49,456 bases of DNA from a virus (taxonomy: Duplodnaviria > Caudoviricetes): the IMG/VR virus record IMGVR_UViG_3300036833_000216, positions 1 to 49,456 of that record; one strand, written 5' to 3'. Shown here in pieces: positions 44,720 through 49,456 of this stretch. Made by a program: the position numbers and the translations under genes. Under the pieces are notes generated by a model. The model did not search any database. It had not been told where the DNA came from and saw nothing but the letters and a program-made list of their open reading frames with translations. Position 1 is the first letter of the stretch. Every line of letters starts with the position of its first letter.

Positions 44720-45058
44720 ATGGCTGACGACGACGATGATGATGATGACGATCAGGGCGCGTTCCGGTTCACCGATCCGCAGACGTCGCGCGATGCCGCG
44801 AAGTCGATCAAGGTCGGACCGATCATGTGGAAGATCCTTGAATATCTGCAGCACCAGCCGATTCCGCGCAACGGTCAGGAAATCACCGATGCGCTCGAGC
44901 TGGTGTCGATCACGGTGGTGCCGCGGCTGGCGCCGATGCGACGCTGGGAGCTGATCGTCGACGTCGGCACCAGCGTCAACCCGCGCTCGGGCCGCATGCA
45001 GATGGCCTATGTGATCACCGACAAAGGCCGCAAGTTGCTCAGTAAGGACGCCGTCTGA
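44720..45058 (+). CDS. Winged-helix DNA-binding protein
   Basis: R.TDP.TS.DAA...ILEYL...EI...L......PRL..M....LI...ITDKGR. Confidence 0.7.
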   Translation: MADDDDDDDDDQGAFRFTDPQTSRDAAKSIKVGPIMWKILEYLQHQPIPRNGQEITDALELVSITVVPRLAPMRRWELIVDVGTSVNPRSGRMQMAYVITDKGRKLLSKDAV

Positions 45059-45245
45059 GATGCATCGGGCTCGGGCGCAGGAAGCACAGCGGCAAGCCAT
45101 CATCGAACATGACCAGCGGACCGTCGCCGTAGCCATAGGCGATCAGCGCGCGGAGGATGCGCAGGCGGGCGATGTGCAACGAGGTCATGATTGCTTCCCC
45201 AGTTTTCTGTCTCGACTGATTCAAAAAAAAGCCTAACATTCGCAA

Positions 45246-46448
45246 ATGCGTATACGCCTCACCCAGATTGACGGCAAGCTGCCCAATCTCGCGCTGATGA
45301 AGTTGGCGCACTATCACAAAGCGCGCGGCGACGAAATCGTCTTTTCTAAGCAGATCGAGCGTCCCAATACCGAACTGAACTACGATCGGGTTTATGGCTC
45401 GGCGATTTTCTCGTTCTCGGCTGAGCGAGTGACGAAGTTCAAGCAGCACTGGCCGAATGCGTTCGTCGGCGGCACGCACAATGTGCTCGATAACATCACT
45501 GTCGAACAAATGCTCGGCATTGAGGAGTACGAACACTATGACTATTCGATTTTTCCAAACTTTGAAGGTTCGATCGGCTTTACACAGCGCGGGTGTAGGC
45601 TCAAGTGCGGGTTTTGCGTCGTGCCGAAAAAAGAAGGTAAGGCGCGGTCAGTAAACACTATCGAACAAATTTATCGCGGCGAACGGACGCCAGACAATTT
45701 TAAGGCGGCGCTGAAGCGCTGGAAGGATCAGTTCGCCGAGCATGAGCGTAACAAACCGCAATTGCTCGATCTATTTCCCTCCGTTGAAGAACAACATAAA
45801 TGGGAACTGCAAAAAGCTGCATTAGAGAAGGACAAACCTGGCAGATATCACAAACTGCATCTACATCTACTCGACAATGACTTCTTTGGCCAGCCGCGCG
45901 AACAGTGGCAGGCACGGATGCGTGAGATCATTGATGGTAAATTCAAGGTCTGTTTTAATCAGGGCATCAACACACGCATGATTGATGATGAAAGTGCCGA
46001 GGCGCTTGGTTCAATCCAGTTATATGACGACAGTTTCAAAACACGGCGTCTCTACACCGCGTGGGATAATCTCGGCGACGAAGAACGATTTTTCAAAGGC
46101 GTCGATACGCTCGAACGGCACGGCGTGAAGCCGTACAGTTTGCTGGTTTACATGCTGGTCGGCTACGACAAGCGCGAGACTTGGGACCGGGTACTCTACC
46201 GGTTCCGGCGTATGACCGAGCGTAAGATCCGACCCTACCCGATGGTTTATGGCGATCGGCGACGGCAGCTCGAGCCGCAGCATCCGAGCTTGGGTCATCG
46301 CACTCTGGCCGAGTTCCAGCGTTGGGCCATACGTAAATACTACACCGTTGTTTCGTTTGAGGATTATGACGGCTCGGCCACAGAAAAGTTGGTCAAGACG
46401 GCAGATGGTTACCAGCCGCTATTAGCACTCACGGATGACTCTGTGTAA
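45246..46448 (+). CDS. Radical SAM protein
   Basis: TQRGCRLKCGFCVVP (CxxxCxxC); N-terminal IDGKLPNLALMKLA (B12-binding-like lead), LLDNDF, FNQGIN, AWD, VYMLVGY. Confidence 0.9.
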   Translation: MRIRLTQIDGKLPNLALMKLAHYHKARGDEIVFSKQIERPNTELNYDRVYGSAIFSFSAERVTKFKQHWPNAFVGGTHNVLDNITVEQMLGIEEYEHYDYSIFPNFEGSIGFTQRGCRLKCGFCVVPKKEGKARSVNTIEQIYRGERTPDNFKAALKRWKDQFAEHERNKPQLLDLFPSVEEQHKWELQKAALEKDKPGRYHKLHLHLLDNDFFGQPREQWQARMREIIDGKFKVCFNQGINTRMIDDESAEALGSIQLYDDSFKTRRLYTAWDNLGDEERFFKGVDTLERHGVKPYSLLVYMLVGYDKRETWDRVLYRFRRMTERKIRPYPMVYGDRRRQLEPQHPSLGHRTLAEFQRWAIRKYYTVVSFEDYDGSATEKLVKTADGYQPLLALTDDSV

Positions 46449-46486
46449 AAGCACAGACAAGCACGGCCACGCACACGAGTTTTAAT

Positions 46487-46550
46487 TTGACTCTCGCAAT
46501 ATCGGCGCGCACCATCACACACGCACCAGCACATCAGAGCTGGTTTTTCT
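46487..46550 (+). promoter_or_regulatory. Putative promoter followed by a leader hairpin and U-tract
   Basis: TTGACT-N17-CACCAT, then ACCAGC-N8-GCTGGT-TTTT before the RBS. Confidence 0.4.
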
Positions 46551-46568
46551 AGCGAGAGGAAATCAGCC

Positions 46569-47627
46569 ATGCCCGAGCAATCAGTGTTCGAGGAAATTAT
46601 GTTGCATCATCCTCCCCCACTGCGAATCGAGCACACGTTAGCCAAGGTTGATCTGATCGACTTTGATCTCGACAACCCACGGCTCCGCTACCTGCGTAGC
46701 CTCAATCCCGGGAAGTCCGACAGCGATCTGCTGTTTGACGATAACGACACCAAATGGCTCAAAGGCGATATCAAGGAAAAGGGGTTGCTTGACGCGCCAT
46801 ACGTCAAGCGCATTGCAGGCGGTCGCCATATCTGTGTCGAAGGCAACCGCCGACTGGCGTGTATGAAAAGCCTCACAGCTGAGTTCCCGGACGATGCCAA
46901 GTTCAAATGCATCCAGGTCCGGGTCTTGCCAGAAACGACGACAGAGGCCCAAGCCGCATTGCTCATGGCCTCGTTCCACGTCGCAGGCAAGTTGCAATGG
47001 GATGCACACGAAAAAGCCGGGCACATCTACCACATGACGCACGTGCTCAAAATCCCAGAAGAGGAACTGAAAAATACACTCCACATGGGTGCTCCGGCGA
47101 TCAAGCGCACCGCCGAATCATATCGCATCCTACGCGAAGTGTTTTGTACGATTGATCAGGGTGCCTACGCAAAGGATGCGGACGGTAAATGGTCTTTCTT
47201 CTCCGAAATGGTCAAGGATAAGCAATTGCGATCCCGCTATCACGAGAAGGACCCACGCTGGTGCGAGACATTCTCGCGTTGGGTGGGTGAAGGCCGCATC
47301 CCGAATGCTGCCGATGTACGTGCACTCCCGGAGATTCTGGCACAGTCAAACGCGCGCAGAATCTTTGAAACTTCGCCCGCTGAGGAAGCATTCCGACTGT
47401 CTCGCATGGAGACCGATCGCAGCAATCCGGCCAATATGAGCACTTTCTACAAGCAACTCCAAAAACTGCTTGATACGCTGATGGCCGCTGAGTTCAGGGA
47501 CATCGAGCTCGCCGGTAATAACGAGGCCGCCAAACTGCTCTTGCAGGACACCTACGCCAAGATCGGCGAATTCATGGAGCGGGCTGGAGTCCGTGTCATG
47601 CCGTCGTCGACTCGTCGCGTCGCCTGA
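46569..47627 (+). CDS. ParB/sulfiredoxin-fold (ParB_N) domain protein
   Basis: DLDNPRLRY...LKGDIKEKGLLDAPYV...CVEGNRRLAC; GAGGA RBS. Confidence 0.8.
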   Translation: MPEQSVFEEIMLHHPPPLRIEHTLAKVDLIDFDLDNPRLRYLRSLNPGKSDSDLLFDDNDTKWLKGDIKEKGLLDAPYVKRIAGGRHICVEGNRRLACMKSLTAEFPDDAKFKCIQVRVLPETTTEAQAALLMASFHVAGKLQWDAHEKAGHIYHMTHVLKIPEEELKNTLHMGAPAIKRTAESYRILREVFCTIDQGAYAKDADGKWSFFSEMVKDKQLRSRYHEKDPRWCETFSRWVGEGRIPNAADVRALPEILAQSNARRIFETSPAEEAFRLSRMETDRSNPANMSTFYKQLQKLLDTLMAAEFRDIELAGNNEAAKLLLQDTYAKIGEFMERAGVRVMPSSTRRVA

Positions 47628-47640
47628 AGCAGACGCCTAC

Positions 47641-47674
47641 CCTAGCGATCGCATTTCCCAATCCGATCGCTAGG
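47641..47674. terminator. 11-bp inverted repeat after the ParB-like gene
   Basis: CCTAGCGATCG...CGATCGCTAGG between convergent genes; no U-tract. Confidence 0.4.
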
Positions 47675-47877
47675 TCCTCAGCAAAATCAGATTTCGAACC
47701 AGGGTCATTCCCATGGCTATGGACAACTTTGCTGTGCGCCAACTTGCCGATGGTCGGTGGATATGTATCGAGCTTGATCCCGATCCACCTTGGCGATCGT
47801 TTGAGCGTGAGACCCCAACGTGGCTCTGTCGCGAGCTTCATAGCGAGCCAGGGAGTAACCCAGATCAGGAAAGTGTT

Positions 47878-48393
47878 TTACGCCACCTCGGCGACGATCT
47901 CACTTTTCGGCAATGTCGCTTTGACGTCGTGGCCGAGCAGCTCGAGCAGCACGCGGACACGATCCTTCCCGCTCATACCTTGGTAGATGCCACCAAGGCC
48001 GCCCCAGAGATCGTTGCGATTGACGACACGGATGCGATCGCCAAGCTTGAGCACTTTGGGCTCAGGTAGCCGAATAAGCCCGCCGCGCTCCTTAGCTTTG
48101 ATCCGGTTGATCTCGTTTTCCGACACGCAAGCTGGTTGATCGCCAGCGAGGAGCACGTCGAGAATGCCGATGCACGACTTGATCGGCGACCATCGGTCAA
48201 TCACCCGAACGAACAGGTACGACCGGAACAACGGCTCAATGCGCGAGATGGTCCGCGTGCGCTGGCTGCGATCGCGTACGTGGTAGACCGTCTTGATGCG
48301 CGGTAAGTACGTTTCGTAGCCGAATCGGCCAAGCCAGAGGGCAGCTGTCGTCTCGCGCTGGTTCTCGGTCTGAGCAACGGACCAGTACGCCAA
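47878..48393 (-). CDS. NusG/RfaH-family transcription antitermination factor
   Basis: NGN domain (W.VAQT...E...GYETYLP...PLFRSYLFV) plus KOW-like GDRIRV...GIY...DRVRVLLELLG; TTG start with GAGG RBS. Confidence 0.88.
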   Translation of the reverse strand: MAYWSVAQTENQRETTAALWLGRFGYETYLPRIKTVYHVRDRSQRTRTISRIEPLFRSYLFVRVIDRWSPIKSCIGILDVLLAGDQPACVSENEINRIKAKERGGLIRLPEPKVLKLGDRIRVVNRNDLWGGLGGIYQGMSGKDRVRVLLELLGHDVKATLPKSEIVAEVA

Positions 48394-48670
48394 TTGCGCG
48401 CCTCGCAGCTGCGGGTGGCTCGAGGCCGCACTTTGCGGTCAACAGTGCTGACCTGTCAACGCGGGATCACAGCGTCCGCCGCCGTGTCCAGTCTTATTAA
48501 ATCGGGGTAGGTCACTTTTTGGCTTTAAGCACACCTTTCAGTATTATCCGTTAACGAACAACAACCTATTTTGGGATTGGCGGGTTTTTCGCTACGTTTG
48601 GCAGTATGATTGGCGAAAACGCGGAGGTAAAAAAGCGCCGTCTTGTCACCGAATTTCCGTTCGCCAACTT

Positions 48671-48706
48671 CTTTTGCCGACCTAAGTAAAATTAGGTCGG
48701 CAAAAG
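48671..48706. repeat. Perfect 15-bp inverted repeat
   Basis: CTTTTGCCGACCTAA-GTAAAA-TTAGGTCGGCAAAAG. Confidence 0.9.
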
Positions 48707-48937
48707 TAGCCGCTAAGTGGCTTTGACGGACGGAAATTAGGTTCGGCGACAAGTCGGCGATTTCCCTCGGCGGCCAACTGCCCAAAAGATCAAATAGAGA
48801 ACATCCGTTCCGCGTCCAGAAAATGCGCTCAACGGTCAGTTCCCCACCACATCTTGCGTCGAATGCCCGACTAGGATAATAATCGGTTCGGGCCAAGGGA
48901 CGAATTATCCTCACAACGCACTGTTTTTGCGAGGTTT

Positions 48938-49402
48938 TTGCGCGTTTTCCGCGTCAACCTCCCGCGCGGAGCGCCTCCGCTCCGCTGGCATCAACACCCG
49001 AACGGGCGCAAGATCTGGATAGTTCTTCCCAGGTACGGCCCACGTGCATGTGAGCACCCGATCTTGCGCCCACTCCCCACCTGCAAGCCCGATCGCTGGC
49101 GCCGCGTCGCATGGTCGGCTTGGTATAACCACGTCGACTGGAAGCGCCGCCGAGCCCACCAGCTGCGTAAGCAGCCATGGTGTGCCCTGTGTGAGCAACG
49201 CGCCATCCCTACAGCTGCGACCATCGCTGACCACGTCGTGCCGCATGCCGGTAATCGAACAGCGTTCCTCACTGGCAAGCTCCAGTCACTGTGCAAGGAC
49301 TGTCACGATGGTGCGAAGCGGCTGCAGGAATTGCGAGGCCATGCGCCGGGCTGCGATGAGCTTGGCAATCCACTCGATCCAACGCATCCGTGGAACCAGT
49401 AG
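48938..49402 (+). CDS. HNH endonuclease, terminase-associated type (start uncertain)
   Basis: WY...WKRRR...L..QP.C.LC...ATIADHVVPH.G....F..G.LQSLCK.CH...K...G.D..G.PLDP.HPW. Confidence 0.85.
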   Translation: MRVFRVNLPRGAPPLRWHQHPNGRKIWIVLPRYGPRACEHPILRPLPTCKPDRWRRVAWSAWYNHVDWKRRRAHQLRKQPWCALCEQRAIPTAATIADHVVPHAGNRTAFLTGKLQSLCKDCHDGAKRLQELRGHAPGCDELGNPLDPTHPWNQ

Positions 49403-49456
49403 GCTACCGCAATACCTCACAACCAACCTCCTCCGGTACCACAAGGAAAGAGAAAA

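Noticed and set aside
45675-45860. Insertion in the radical SAM gene as an intein or intron
   Set aside because: Too short, no C/S...HN splice motifs, and the frame is uninterrupted.
46569-47627. ParB-like gene as a parABS partition system
   Set aside because: No ParA or parS array is evident, and the NPR/EGNRR variant lacks a clear canonical ParB HTH.
47713-48069. ORF on the + strand after the ParB-like gene
   Set aside because: Overlaps the NusG-like gene antisense by about 190 bp, has no RBS or motif, and cannot be supported.

Overview
The whole window is bacteriophage (or prophage) DNA with no host genes. It is GC-rich and looks like a contractile-tailed phage of an alphaproteobacterium; the host is inferred from CTTG..CTATAT-type promoters, an RHH_4-like protein and PEPxxW-CTERM proteins. 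Layout: (1) 1-13.7 kb, + strand, Mu-like tail: tape-measure C-terminus with a CHAP-like peptidase, DNA-circularisation protein split in two, baseplate gp44/45/46/47(J)/48, a beta-helix tail fibre, and collagen and collagen+C1q-like fibres with chaperones. (2) 13.7-16.0 kb, lysis: Amidase_3+DPBB-like endolysin, holin-like protein, terminator. (3) 16-22.6 kb, + strand, small accessory genes including decayed paralogues and a stand-alone Pro/His repeat protein. (4) 22.7-30 kb, divergent early-type region with four promoter-like elements sharing a TAGGGC-N5-GCCCTA palindrome, encoding several secreted or membrane proteins. (5) 30-37.8 kb, - strand, including an RNAP alpha-CTD-like protein, RecT, an HNH homing endonuclease and YqaJ. 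(6) 38-41.4 kb, + strand: Cro-like protein, N6-MTase, VRR-NUC nuclease and AAA_25 helicase. (7) Two tandem PEP-CTERM surface proteins on the - strand. (8) A radical SAM + ParB-like locus, a reverse-oriented NusG/RfaH paralogue, a palindrome-rich non-coding stretch and a terminase-type HNH at the right edge. No integrase, cI repressor, terminase, capsid or sheath genes, tRNAs or CRISPR arrays were recognised. All family calls come from motif recognition by eye; no database search was run.
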